Below the pieces are notes generated by a model. That model saw only the letters and a list, made by a program, of their open reading frames with translations, did not search any database and was not told where the DNA came from. From Nostoc sp. DedSLP01 (GTDB taxonomy: Bacteria; Cyanobacteriota; Cyanobacteriia; Cyanobacteriales; Nostocaceae), in the NCBI GenBank assembly GCA_034530875.2, contig JAVRCJ020000003.1, forward strand, positions 320,001-384,000: 64,000 nt of DNA, given 5' to 3'. Positions 9,601 through 19,187 of the stretch are shown one piece after another. A program made the translations under genes and the position numbers. Position 1 is the stretch's first letter, and each line of letters starts with the position of its first letter.

Positions 9601-10926
9601 TTATTCATTCATATTTCGGTAAGTAGCTACTGCTGAAGGCGATATTCGGTTCAAATATCGGAATATCCAATATTTGAAAATGGTATCTAAAATTACTGGG
9701 AATGTGGCAATGAATAAGAAAATAAAATCTCGATTTGCTGGTAATCCCCAGTGGCGAGATACACCTTCTAAAAGTACTTCCCAACCATGAGGAGAGTGGA
9801 ATCCGACGAATATATCGGTAAACAAGATAATAATGAATGCTTTGGCACTGTCGCTAAGTCCATAAACTACATGATCGAAGAAATCTTTTACTACAGCAAT
9901 AGAAGACTTGCTAGTAAGTAAAAGCCAGATAAAAGCGACCACAGAAAACATATCTGCGAAGACATTTTTAATCGAATTAGAGCTTTCTTTGCGAAATTCT
10001 TCAGCAATCTCTGCCGCCTTCTCTTTTAGCTCCGTTTCCAGATATTCAGGAGACAATGGAGGAGCATTAGTAATCATATTTTCAAACTTGATTCTTTCTT
10101 CAAACCTTTGTAATTCTTCTAATGCTTCCTCTTCCATCTCCGAATTCAAGAATACCTGCATTTGCTCGCTAGTTCTGAATCGCTCAACAGCCGGGCCAAC
10201 TATAAAAGCTTTTGCTATTTGATGCGTCAAAAGTGGTACGATAATTAGGAGTAAAATAAATCTGATAGATATTATTGTCCTTCTTTGAGCTTGACGAAAG
10301 CTCTGAATTACCTCTTCTTCCGAATTAGGATCTAATTCAACTTGCAAACGACTAATAGTACTTAAAATAGAACGGGGTAAAACTCCCATTGTATCGGTTT
10401 TACCCTTCGGTTTTTTATCTAATTTTTTATCCACATCTTGAGTTGCTATTTTCGGCGGTACTGCTGGAATAATTGGTGAGTCAAGTGGTGGAGTCGGAGA
10501 TTTTACGGCTACGACTTGAGAAGTAGTTTGTTCGGGAACTGTTGTGTATTTGGATATAATCCCATCGATAAAATTCAGCCTTTCTAAAACGAAAGTAGGA
10601 CTGAGGTATTCTATGCCTGCTTTATTAGCAGCTTTTTGATTTTCTTCATCTAGAAACCAACGGCTGGCTCTAAATTCTGTCAGCCGCATCCTGGCAATTT
10701 TTAATAGCTTGTTTAAGTCTGCCTCAAAATAATCCATGACTGTGTTACTGTACATGGCTGAATTGATGTCTATTTTATTACCATTAAAATGCTTATCTTC
10801 TATTTCCTTAATCTTTAATGCTGCATCGTAAGCTTCATTTAAAGAACGTTCGGGAGTCTGTAAGTACCGTCGATAAGCAGCAAGTAAGAAAGAATAGATT
10901 TTTTGGCTAAAAACAGAGTTTTTCAT
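9601..10926 (-). CDS. pcxA: Proton extrusion protein PcxA (CemA family)
   Basis: LSDSAKAFIIILFTDIFVGFHSPHGWE and FPVILDTIFKYWIFRYLNRISPS signatures. Confidence 0.95.
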   Translation of the reverse strand: MKNSVFSQKIYSFLLAAYRRYLQTPERSLNEAYDAALKIKEIEDKHFNGNKIDINSAMYSNTVMDYFEADLNKLLKIARMRLTEFRASRWFLDEENQKAANKAGIEYLSPTFVLERLNFIDGIISKYTTVPEQTTSQVVAVKSPTPPLDSPIIPAVPPKIATQDVDKKLDKKPKGKTDTMGVLPRSILSTISRLQVELDPNSEEEVIQSFRQAQRRTIISIRFILLLIIVPLLTHQIAKAFIVGPAVERFRTSEQMQVFLNSEMEEEALEELQRFEERIKFENMITNAPPLSPEYLETELKEKAAEIAEEFRKESSNSIKNVFADMFSVVAFIWLLLTSKSSIAVVKDFFDHVVYGLSDSAKAFIIILFTDIFVGFHSPHGWEVLLEGVSRHWGLPANRDFIFLFIATFPVILDTIFKYWIFRYLNRISPSAVATYRNMNE

Positions 10927-11013
10927 TGCAAACAATCATCCAGCATTATTTGGTGATTCTTAACCCTAAGTTAACGCACGAGGTATACTAGCAAATCTAC
11001 AAGGAGAAAGTTT

Positions 11014-13260
11014 GTGGTTTCTCATTCGGTTTGGATTGTTGGCACTAGCCGCAGTGGCAAGACAGCTCGTTTGGTAGAGCAATTTTGTAGTTGGGTAGAA
11101 CCTAAAAATAAGTACATTGAATTATTTTATACTAAAAACAACGGACGTGAAAAAGGTGGCAATGCCTCCAAATTTTTATATCTTAAGCCAACAGAACCAG
11201 GAGTTTTAGTCTTAGCTGCGAATGATGATAATCGTCGAGAACTAGGAGATAGAATTGTTACATTTACTTTAGGGAAATATCCGGTTCGTGCTAAGACACC
11301 GTTAGGTTTTTTTCAGGATGAGGTTATTTTATTTTGGCCTTTGCTAATTAATTCGTTGAACCTCAAAGCCCATTTCCCGGTAAGATTGCGGCCAGAAACC
11401 GAACAAGAGCTAGCAACCAAGCTGTGGCGTTCTCAATTAGACGAAGAAATTTTACGTCTTGCGGGTGTGAATGAGTCTCGTTTAGTACGTCGCATCTTAG
11501 ACTTATTCCAATTAGCAGCCTATAGTGGCGTACCTTGTGAAGATATTGCGCGGATTTTAGCTAGGGGTTTAGGGGAGAATAACACAAATTTAGACCCGGA
11601 ATTTTTAGCGTCTTTGCTGTTAGATTGGCGTAACTGGTGTTTAGAAAGGGGATTGTTAACTTATGGGATTATTACTGAACTTTATAGCCAGCATTTATTA
11701 AGCGATCGCAATTACCAAAAGCACTTAACAAAACGCTATCAAGCAGTACTTGCGGATGATGTCGATGATTATCCAGGGGTAGCGCGTCTGTTGTTTGAGT
11801 TGCTGTTAGACCAAGGCGCAGTTGGGGCGTTTAGTTATAATCCCGATGGTGCAGTGCGATTGGGATTGGGAGCAGACCCGAACTATCTAGAAGGCTTAGC
11901 AGACCGTTGTCGAGTAGAAACGTTGACTGAGCCGCCTCCAGAGTCTTTAGGACAACAACTAGCTACGCAAATGGTGGAATTAGTTACAGAGTCCGTAATG
12001 CCGTTGAGTTTACCAGAAATCGTCCACTCAATTCAAACCACTTCCCGCGCCCAACTATTGCGCCAAACAGCACAAACGATCGCCAATGCGATCCAATCAA
12101 AGCAAGTGGAACCGGAAGAAGTAGCAATTATAGCACCAGGTTTAGATGCGATCGCTCGTTATACCCTAGTAGAAATCCTCGTCAAGCAAAACATCCAGGT
12201 AGAATCGCTCAACGACCAACGCCCTCTAATTAGTTCGCCAGTCATTCGCGCATTGCTCACCATACTGGCACTAGTTTATCCCGGCTTAGGACGCCTTGTA
12301 GATCGGGATGCCGTGGCAGAAATGCTGGTTGTCTTGAGCAGAAAACAACAACCATTAGAAAGCACAGAGGCGATAAATCGTGCAGACGCGATGAATCGCG
12401 TTTCTACGACAGACATTGACCCGGTACGCGCTGGTTTAATAGCAGATTACTGCTTTGTACCCCACCCCGACCGACCCAACTTGCTATCAGTCTCAGCCTT
12501 CGAGCGTTGGGATCGAATTGGGTATGCAGCTACTACAGCTTATAACGAGATATTACAGTGGTTAGAACAGCAGCGATCGCAACAAGAACAGCGTTTAATT
12601 CCCAGCCCCATTTCCCTATTAGATAGGGCAATTGTGCGTTTTTTGTGGAATGGTAGCAATCTCCCTTACGAACAACTAGCAGCATTGCGGGAATTATTAG
12701 AAACCGCCCAACACTATTGGGAAATTGATACAAGACTACGACAAAGCAATTCAAAATTATCCCCCGATCTCCCCATCTCTCCATCTCCCAATCTCCCCAT
12801 CTCCCCATCTCCTTCAACCGCTACTATTATCGAATTCATTCAGCTATTGCGACGCGGTACTATCACCGCCAACCCTTATCCGGTGCGTCCCATTGGTGGA
12901 GCGAGAAAAGCTGTAACTTTAGCAACTATATTTCAATATCGATCTAGTAGGCGATCGCATCGTTGGCATTTTTGGCTAGATGCTGGTTCGCCTCTATGGG
13001 CCAAAGGTGGTGCGGCCACATTGTTCGGTGCGCCATTTTTCCTGCAAAACAGATTAGGCGAATCTTGGACAGCAGAAGATGAAAAATTAGCAGAACAACA
13101 ACGACTGCGTAGGATTTTGGCAGATTTGCTGTCTCGTGTATCCCAGAGAGTTTATTTGTGTCACAGCGATTTAGCCGTGAATGGACAAGAGCAACTAGGG
13201 CCGCTGTTACCCTTAGTGAATGCCTGTGTCACAGTTATTTCTGAAACTAGTGTTAATTAA
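11014..13260 (+). CDS. Cyanobacterial SF1 helicase-like (UvrD-related) protein
   Basis: N-terminal Walker A GTSRSGKT, degenerate Walker B LADDVDD, EVAIIAP motif; divergent from pcxA. Confidence 0.6.
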   Translation: MVSHSVWIVGTSRSGKTARLVEQFCSWVEPKNKYIELFYTKNNGREKGGNASKFLYLKPTEPGVLVLAANDDNRRELGDRIVTFTLGKYPVRAKTPLGFFQDEVILFWPLLINSLNLKAHFPVRLRPETEQELATKLWRSQLDEEILRLAGVNESRLVRRILDLFQLAAYSGVPCEDIARILARGLGENNTNLDPEFLASLLLDWRNWCLERGLLTYGIITELYSQHLLSDRNYQKHLTKRYQAVLADDVDDYPGVARLLFELLLDQGAVGAFSYNPDGAVRLGLGADPNYLEGLADRCRVETLTEPPPESLGQQLATQMVELVTESVMPLSLPEIVHSIQTTSRAQLLRQTAQTIANAIQSKQVEPEEVAIIAPGLDAIARYTLVEILVKQNIQVESLNDQRPLISSPVIRALLTILALVYPGLGRLVDRDAVAEMLVVLSRKQQPLESTEAINRADAMNRVSTTDIDPVRAGLIADYCFVPHPDRPNLLSVSAFERWDRIGYAATTAYNEILQWLEQQRSQQEQRLIPSPISLLDRAIVRFLWNGSNLPYEQLAALRELLETAQHYWEIDTRLRQSNSKLSPDLPISPSPNLPISPSPSTATIIEFIQLLRRGTITANPYPVRPIGGARKAVTLATIFQYRSSRRSHRWHFWLDAGSPLWAKGGAATLFGAPFFLQNRLGESWTAEDEKLAEQQRLRRILADLLSRVSQRVYLCHSDLAVNGQEQLGPLLPLVNACVTVISETSVN

Positions 13261-13299
13261 AGCTATACCAATTTGAAATAAAGAATGCCAAAAATTGTT

Positions 13300-13327
13300 G
13301 TAGAGACGCGATGAATCGCGTCTTTAC
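13300..13327. repeat. REP-like palindrome; copies at 12382-12407, 24471-24498 and 61690-61713, degenerate copy near 13368-13395
   Basis: GTA(G/C)AGACGCGAT-NN-ATCGCGTCT shared by at least four sites, mostly just after stop codons. Confidence 0.8.
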
Positions 13328-13401
13328 TATTAACGTATTTTTACTATTAATACGATTCGGTGTAGCTAACAGACGAAATAAATCGCCGTCTCTACAAAAT
13401 G

Positions 13402-13926
13402 TTATTTTATAATAGATTTAAACAATAAAAATATATTCTTATACTGATTAGTAATTACCAAATTTTTAAGATTTATTTTTGGATTCAATATTTGCCGACT
13501 TAGTGGCTGTTGGTGAGGTGGAATAGGAGAACTAGCAGGCACTTTATTACGCCATAGAATCAAAGGAATACAGAAAATTCCTAAAATAATTATTACTACA
13601 GTCATAATCCAAACAATTAATCTATTTGGTTTATAATCTCCGCGTTCAATTTGCCAAAAAACTTGATTGTATCGCCACGCAGCGAACGCAATTGTGAAAA
13701 TTCCAGCAATTACTAAAGCCAGTCCCAAATTTTCTGAATTAGTTAATGGATTTACCTGAGTTTCTTGTTGAGTAATAGCAAGATTAAGCTGCCGCAAAAA
13801 TATACCAAATCGGGCAATAGCAATTCCAAAACTAATTAATGCAATAGAAGTGCGTAGCCAAGCTAAAAAAGTACGTTCGTTCGCTTGATGCTCCCTTTGA
13901 CGGTCAATTTTCGGTATTTTATCCAT
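13402..13926 (-). CDS. YidH/DUF202 membrane protein
   Basis: HQANERTFLAWLRTSIALISFG signature. Confidence 0.9.
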   Translation of the reverse strand: MDKIPKIDRQREHQANERTFLAWLRTSIALISFGIAIARFGIFLRQLNLAITQQETQVNPLTNSENLGLALVIAGIFTIAFAAWRYNQVFWQIERGDYKPNRLIVWIMTVVIIILGIFCIPLILWRNKVPASSPIPPHQQPLSRQILNPKINLKNLVITNQYKNIFLLFKSIIK

Positions 13927-14034
13927 AAGTATCTAAACAAAGTGACACTTATAGCATTACTAAATAAGTTGTGAAATTAGTTATAGAGATAGGCAATAGA
14001 TTTTTTCACTAATGATTTAGGATTGCTATATTTT

Positions 14035-15039
14035 CTACAACCGCTTTACTTCGCCTTGTTTTTGCAAAAACTCTTTGAGTTTATTTTTATGAAACTGCTG
14101 ATATTCATTTAATCTATATTGATGGATAGGAATTCCAAAAATTGCCTGTTCTCCTTCCAGAACTCGTGCTATTTGATTGTTCACATCTGGATGATAGTGA
14201 CTACCATCATAAGTATTATCTGTTCTGATAGTGATCTCTGAAGGATATGAGAAATCATAGGTTAGATCGTAGGTCTTTGAAGCTTCATAAATTGCCTGTA
14301 ATTGGCAGTCTAGTAAACCGCGAGCATAGCTCTCATTGAAAAGCTTCCAAACTGAGATTGGTGGCACATACCCAATAATTTTAGCATTTGGGAATATATT
14401 TCGTATTTGTCGATAATAAGCTATGCGCTGGAAGTTACATTTCTCCTGAGTCTTTTGATTTGAAAGTTTAGGTTTGTATTTAGGAGCATTCTCAAAAATT
14501 TTACCTTGGAAGTCTCCATCGTAAAATCTAATTTCTGTATTTAGCCTAAAAACTGTTTTTAAAGACATCTGTAAAGTGTCTATCGAAAATATATATGGCT
14601 GATAGATGGGTTTTGGTTCTGCTACCTCCACTTTATTTTTAAAAGATGTCTTTTTGTCGAAAGTAAAATTGTAAGCGTCTATCCCCACATATACTTTTTT
14701 GGGATTAATTCCTTTATCTTTAACGTATTGGGCATATTTAGCAATTTCTTCAGATGTGGCAGCACTGAAGGAATAATTGAAACAAAAATTATTTTTGAGA
14801 GCTTTACTACCTAAAAGGGTGACACGAGAACTACCAAAAATCACGCAATCATACTTTTGGCGAGCGCTATGCAAAAATAGATTAGTTTTGGTCAACCTCT
14901 CGTTATATGGAACATTGACTTGATTTAGCTTGTTGCCTTTATTGTACCAAAGTGGGTCAACACCTAAATTAACTGCTCCAATCAATAATAAAAGCGTACT
15001 TACCATCGTGAGGTACGTTTTCAAATAAGCAAGCATCAT
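14035..15039 (-). CDS. SGNH-like membrane-anchored acyltransferase partner (AlgJ/DltD-like role)
   Basis: N-terminal TM, IFGSSRV (block I Ser), DGSHY (DxxH); directly downstream of the MBOAT gene. Confidence 0.55.
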   Translation of the reverse strand: MMLAYLKTYLTMVSTLLLLIGAVNLGVDPLWYNKGNKLNQVNVPYNERLTKTNLFLHSARQKYDCVIFGSSRVTLLGSKALKNNFCFNYSFSAATSEEIAKYAQYVKDKGINPKKVYVGIDAYNFTFDKKTSFKNKVEVAEPKPIYQPYIFSIDTLQMSLKTVFRLNTEIRFYDGDFQGKIFENAPKYKPKLSNQKTQEKCNFQRIAYYRQIRNIFPNAKIIGYVPPISVWKLFNESYARGLLDCQLQAIYEASKTYDLTYDFSYPSEITIRTDNTYDGSHYHPDVNNQIARVLEGEQAIFGIPIHQYRLNEYQQFHKNKLKEFLQKQGEVKRL

Positions 15040-15051
15040 ATTTGATTATCC

Positions 15052-16557
15052 TTAGAACTGAAAATACACAAACTCACTAACTTTGGTAAGATGCAACAAT
15101 GCGATCGCAGTTAAAACTGAAACAATTGCGGCATAGCTTTGATTAGGTTGCCAATAGAATTTAGACCAGAAAAGGCTATTAGATGAAAGTTTTTTGATTT
15201 TTTCATAATTTAAGACTGGCTCATACTTGCTCATCCATTCCTGAACATTAGGTGTAAACCAGACAATTGCCAGTAAAATACAAATATCAATAATTGCTTT
15301 TTTTAATCCAGATGCAATAATTTGAGTACTAAACAATAGGCCATTTAATCCCACCATGCCTTTGACAATTACAAATGCTGTACTCATGTTTTCTGCTCTG
15401 AAGAATACCCACCCGAAGACAACTGCTATAAATGTTATGAGCCAAGCTAGTTTTAGGCTTATCCAGTTATCTGTTTTCAGATTGTATTGTTTTTGTAAAA
15501 CATTCCATTGGTGGTTAATGCTTAGATAAGCTCCATGTAACCCACCCCAGAAGAGAAATTGCCAGCCTTCACCATGCCAAATTCCTCCCAGCAGCATGGT
15601 AATCATCAAATTCAAACTACGTCTGATCTCACCTTTGCGATTACCACCTAAAGGAATGTATAGGTAATCTCGAAGAAAGTTAGAAAGAGTGATATGCCAT
15701 CTACGCCAGAAGTCACTAATACTAATAGCTTTGTAAGGGGAGAAGAAGTTTGTTGGTAACTTAATCCCGAACATCCTAGCTATTCCAATAGCCATATCGG
15801 AATAACCAGAAAAATCAAAGTACAACTGCAAAGCATAGGCTAAAGCACCAATCCAAGATTCTAAAAATGTCGGGAATACACCAGCAGCAGCAGTATTAAA
15901 TACTGGGCTTGCATAAACAGCAATGTTATCTGCAAATACAACTTTCTTAAATAATCCCAGACTAAAAATGGTAATACCGACTGCCATGTTCTCTAAGTTA
16001 AACCGATAGATAGTTTTGTCGGCAAATTGTTGCATTAGCTCTGAATTATGAACAATAGGCCCAGAAATAAGTTTAGGGAAAAAAGCAATAAACAGGCAGT
16101 AGTCTAGAAATTTGGTATCTTTGGTTTCTCCACGATAAGAATCAACCAAGTATGTAATTTGCTGAAAAGTAAAGAACGATATTCCTAATGGCAGGATTAT
16201 CTTTTGGAAATTAAAGTTTATCCCTAATATATCGGCTGCACTTGAAACAAAAAAATTAGCATACTTGAACCAAGCAAGGATGATGATATTAGATGCTATT
16301 CCTAAGCTTAGTAGTGTCTTTTTTTTGCTAGGTGAGTTGTCCTCTTGGTTTAGTATAGAACCTATAGTAAAATTTAAGCCAATTGAAGTTCCAAGCAATA
16401 TTAAATATCTTGGATTCCACCAACCATAAAAAAATAAAGAAGCAATCAATAACCAAGTAATTGCTAATCGGTAATAGCCATATTTACCAATCCAGAAAAA
16501 TATCAAAAGAGTAATTGGCAAAAACAAAAATATAAATTGTAGCGAGCTAAATAACAT
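15052..16557 (-). CDS. MBOAT O-acyltransferase, AlgI/DltB family
   Basis: LPLGISFFTFQ, YFDFSGYSDMAIG, FWRRWHITLS, GGIWHG, C-terminal FVYFQF. Confidence 0.95.
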   Translation of the reverse strand: MLFSSLQFIFLFLPITLLIFFWIGKYGYYRLAITWLLIASLFFYGWWNPRYLILLGTSIGLNFTIGSILNQEDNSPSKKKTLLSLGIASNIIILAWFKYANFFVSSAADILGINFNFQKIILPLGISFFTFQQITYLVDSYRGETKDTKFLDYCLFIAFFPKLISGPIVHNSELMQQFADKTIYRFNLENMAVGITIFSLGLFKKVVFADNIAVYASPVFNTAAAGVFPTFLESWIGALAYALQLYFDFSGYSDMAIGIARMFGIKLPTNFFSPYKAISISDFWRRWHITLSNFLRDYLYIPLGGNRKGEIRRSLNLMITMLLGGIWHGEGWQFLFWGGLHGAYLSINHQWNVLQKQYNLKTDNWISLKLAWLITFIAVVFGWVFFRAENMSTAFVIVKGMVGLNGLLFSTQIIASGLKKAIIDICILLAIVWFTPNVQEWMSKYEPVLNYEKIKKLSSNSLFWSKFYWQPNQSYAAIVSVLTAIALLHLTKVSEFVYFQF

Positions 16558-16805
16558 ATATTATACTTTTATTATTCCTACAGAAATAAAATTTTGTAGT
16601 TCTATTTTCACAAGCAGATAAATAATATCATGAGTAGATAAATTGTTTCAATTATGTAGATTTATAAAACTTTACGAAAAAGTTACCCATTAATAGTTTG
16701 CTGAAAAGCAATGGCTCTAGTGAGAATTCTGGAAAGACCCCAAGCGATCGCCAAAATCTTTACAATGTTAAATAAGGTAAAGATCTATATTCAGAATCAA
16801 AATCA

Positions 16806-17477
16806 ATGGCACTATTTGGATTTGGCAAAAAGCAAAATATGCCCACACCTGAGGAAGCTTTGCCAGGAAGGGCACAGCCGATGTCGGTACCTGCTCATCA
16901 TTATGTCAACAATAATCCCCTGAAACCTCCTTTCCCCGATGGATTCGAGAAAGCTTTGTTTGGTTTAGGCTGTTTTTGGGGTGCAGAACGTAAATTCTGG
17001 CAACTTCAAGGAGTTTACACCACCGCAGTGGGTTACGCTGCCGGTTTTACGCCCAATCCTACCTATCAAGAGGTATGTACTGGCAGAACCGGACACAATG
17101 AAGTGGTGTTAGTTGTGTTCGATCCGAAAGTAATTAGTTACTCAGAACTGCTGAAAGTCTTTTGGGAAAGTCATAACCCCACCCAAGGTATGCGCCAAGG
17201 TAACGATGTTGGCACTCAATACCGTTCGGGAATTTATGTATACTCTGAAAACCAAAAGCAGCTAGCACAAACATCGCTAGAAGTTTATCAGGAAGCCCTA
17301 AACAACGCAGGCTATGACAAGAAGATTACCACAGAAATCTTAGATGCCCCTGAGTTCTACTACGCAGAAGACTACCATCAACAATACCTAGCGAAAAATC
17401 CCGGCGGCTATTGTGGTTTGGGAGGAACAAACGTTTCTTGTCCCATCGGTTTAGTTGAATCGCAAGTGACTGGTTAA
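16806..17477 (+). CDS. msrA: Peptide methionine sulfoxide reductase A
   Basis: GCFWG active site, [18 protein letters not shown]. Confidence 0.97.
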   Translation: MALFGFGKKQNMPTPEEALPGRAQPMSVPAHHYVNNNPLKPPFPDGFEKALFGLGCFWGAERKFWQLQGVYTTAVGYAAGFTPNPTYQEVCTGRTGHNEVVLVVFDPKVISYSELLKVFWESHNPTQGMRQGNDVGTQYRSGIYVYSENQKQLAQTSLEVYQEALNNAGYDKKITTEILDAPEFYYAEDYHQQYLAKNPGGYCGLGGTNVSCPIGLVESQVTG

Positions 17478-17565
17478 GTGGGGAATTAGGGAGTAGCGAG
17501 TAGGGAATGGGAAAAAGCAGGATCTTCGCTTCCCTCACTCCCCACTCCCTATTCCCTACTCCCCA
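17478..17565. repeat. STRR-type heptamer tandem repeats in inverted arrangement; similar tracts at about 46014-46070, 50617-50757 and 57660-57820
   Basis: GGGAGTA/GGGAATG units facing CTCCCCA/CTCCCTA units. Confidence 0.8.
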
Positions 17566-18759
17566 CTAAAATGCAGATTTAAGCAAAGCGATCGCCCATA
17601 CCCATAACATAATACTTATAGGCGCACCAATTAAAATACCAGCGATCGCCCAACCTCTTTGATGGGCTTTGAATTGTTCGATATTGCGCCACTGTCTACT
17701 TTTCCAAGCCCATTCATTGCCTTTGGCACCAAGAGCGATCGCCATTACCCATCCAATATGTGGTATAAAACAGAACAAAGCAAACCATACTTGGTTAGTC
17801 CACATCCAGAACCAAGGCAAGAGAAATGCACCCCAATTCCAACCGAGAATTTCTTCTGGGACTGTCTCTTGGTAATTATTAATACCGCATCCAGAATTGT
17901 TAATAATTTCTTTGGGCGGCAAAAGCTCATATCTGTTTGCAGATTTGACGACTAGACCAGATTTGAGAGCTTTTAGCGCTTGGCGGGCACTAGTAAATCG
18001 TTGTTCTGGTGCTGGTTCTGTCAATTTTTCTAGCCAACTGATAAAACTGCGACTCAGGTTCACTTGGTCTGCAAATTGCAATCGTAAATCCTGCTGGGGT
18101 AAATCAGCTGGGGGAATACCAGTTAGCAAATGAATTAAAGTCGCCCCCAAAGCATAGAGATCTGATGCAGCTACAGCGCGTCCACCAAATTGTTCCATTG
18201 GGGCATAACCATAAGTGCCGACAACAGTAAAAGTAACACCTTCTTTTGCTGCTTTATCCTGAACTGCGCCAAAATCAACTAAATAAATTCGATTATCTTC
18301 ACCCCAGATTAAATTGCTTGGTTTAATATCTCTATGCAATACTCCAGGATTCAATTCATGTAAATATATAAGAATATTTAAGACTTCAACGGCAATTTTT
18401 TTAGCTCGTTTTTCACTAAACCTTTTGCCACTGGCAAGTTTATCCTTGAGTGACTCACCAGGGATATATTCTTGGATTAAGCCAAACCAGAGGGTGCGAT
18501 CGTCAATACAAAAATAATCGATATATTGGGGAATTCGGGGATGATTTAGCTGTTTGAGAATTTGTGCTTCTCTCTCAAAAAGTTTTAAATCATCCCACTG
18601 CACAGTACCGCCAAAAGCCAAAAGTTTGACGACAACGCTGGAATTTTCGCCATTCTCAGCTTTTAAATCCAATGCTTGCCAAGTTTGACGGATTCCGTTG
18701 TTACCGAGTTGGCGTTGAATCTGATAACGGTCTTGTAATATCTGTTCTGCTTGCAGCAT
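17566..18759 (-). CDS. Hanks-type Ser/Thr protein kinase with C-terminal membrane domain
   Basis: VVVK, HRDIKPSN, DFG, GTYGYAPMEQ; C-terminal WNWGAF membrane domain. Confidence 0.93.
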   Translation of the reverse strand: MLQAEQILQDRYQIQRQLGNNGIRQTWQALDLKAENGENSSVVVKLLAFGGTVQWDDLKLFEREAQILKQLNHPRIPQYIDYFCIDDRTLWFGLIQEYIPGESLKDKLASGKRFSEKRAKKIAVEVLNILIYLHELNPGVLHRDIKPSNLIWGEDNRIYLVDFGAVQDKAAKEGVTFTVVGTYGYAPMEQFGGRAVAASDLYALGATLIHLLTGIPPADLPQQDLRLQFADQVNLSRSFISWLEKLTEPAPEQRFTSARQALKALKSGLVVKSANRYELLPPKEIINNSGCGINNYQETVPEEILGWNWGAFLLPWFWMWTNQVWFALFCFIPHIGWVMAIALGAKGNEWAWKSRQWRNIEQFKAHQRGWAIAGILIGAPISIMLWVWAIALLKSAF

Positions 18760-18857
18760 CTGAACACCTGCTGGCAATTTACGCTAATCTGATTCCCTTA
18801 CTATTTAAGGATAGTAATTATCTAGAGGAACTGTCATACCAATTAAAAATGAGGCTT

Positions 18858-18970
18858 GTAGACTCGCTCTAAGCGTACCCCTACGGGGAAGCAAGCTACG
18901 CGTAGCGTCTCGTAGAGAAGCCATGCCGTTGGCAAAGCCTCTCGTAGAGAAGGCTTTACGCTGCGCTAAC
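18858..18970. repeat. Cluster of nested very short dispersed repeats
   Basis: Small hairpin units CCCCTACGGGG, TCTCGTAGAGA (twice) and AAGCAAGCTACGC; related units at about 47230-47268. Confidence 0.6.
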
Positions 18971-19187
18971 AAAATTCAAAATTAAGAAAAGTAAATATCA
19001 CAAGGGTTTGAGCTTATTAATTAAACACTTGTTATTTCTAAGTTTATCGTTGGAGTTCTAAAGTCGAAAGTTGGTGTCACGAACCAAAACGATAGCGTTG
19101 TGAACTTGAAAATTCTTCTACGATAAGAACTAACCACAAATAACGCTAAAACTAAAAATTTCCCCGCATCCCCGCGTCTTCTTCACC

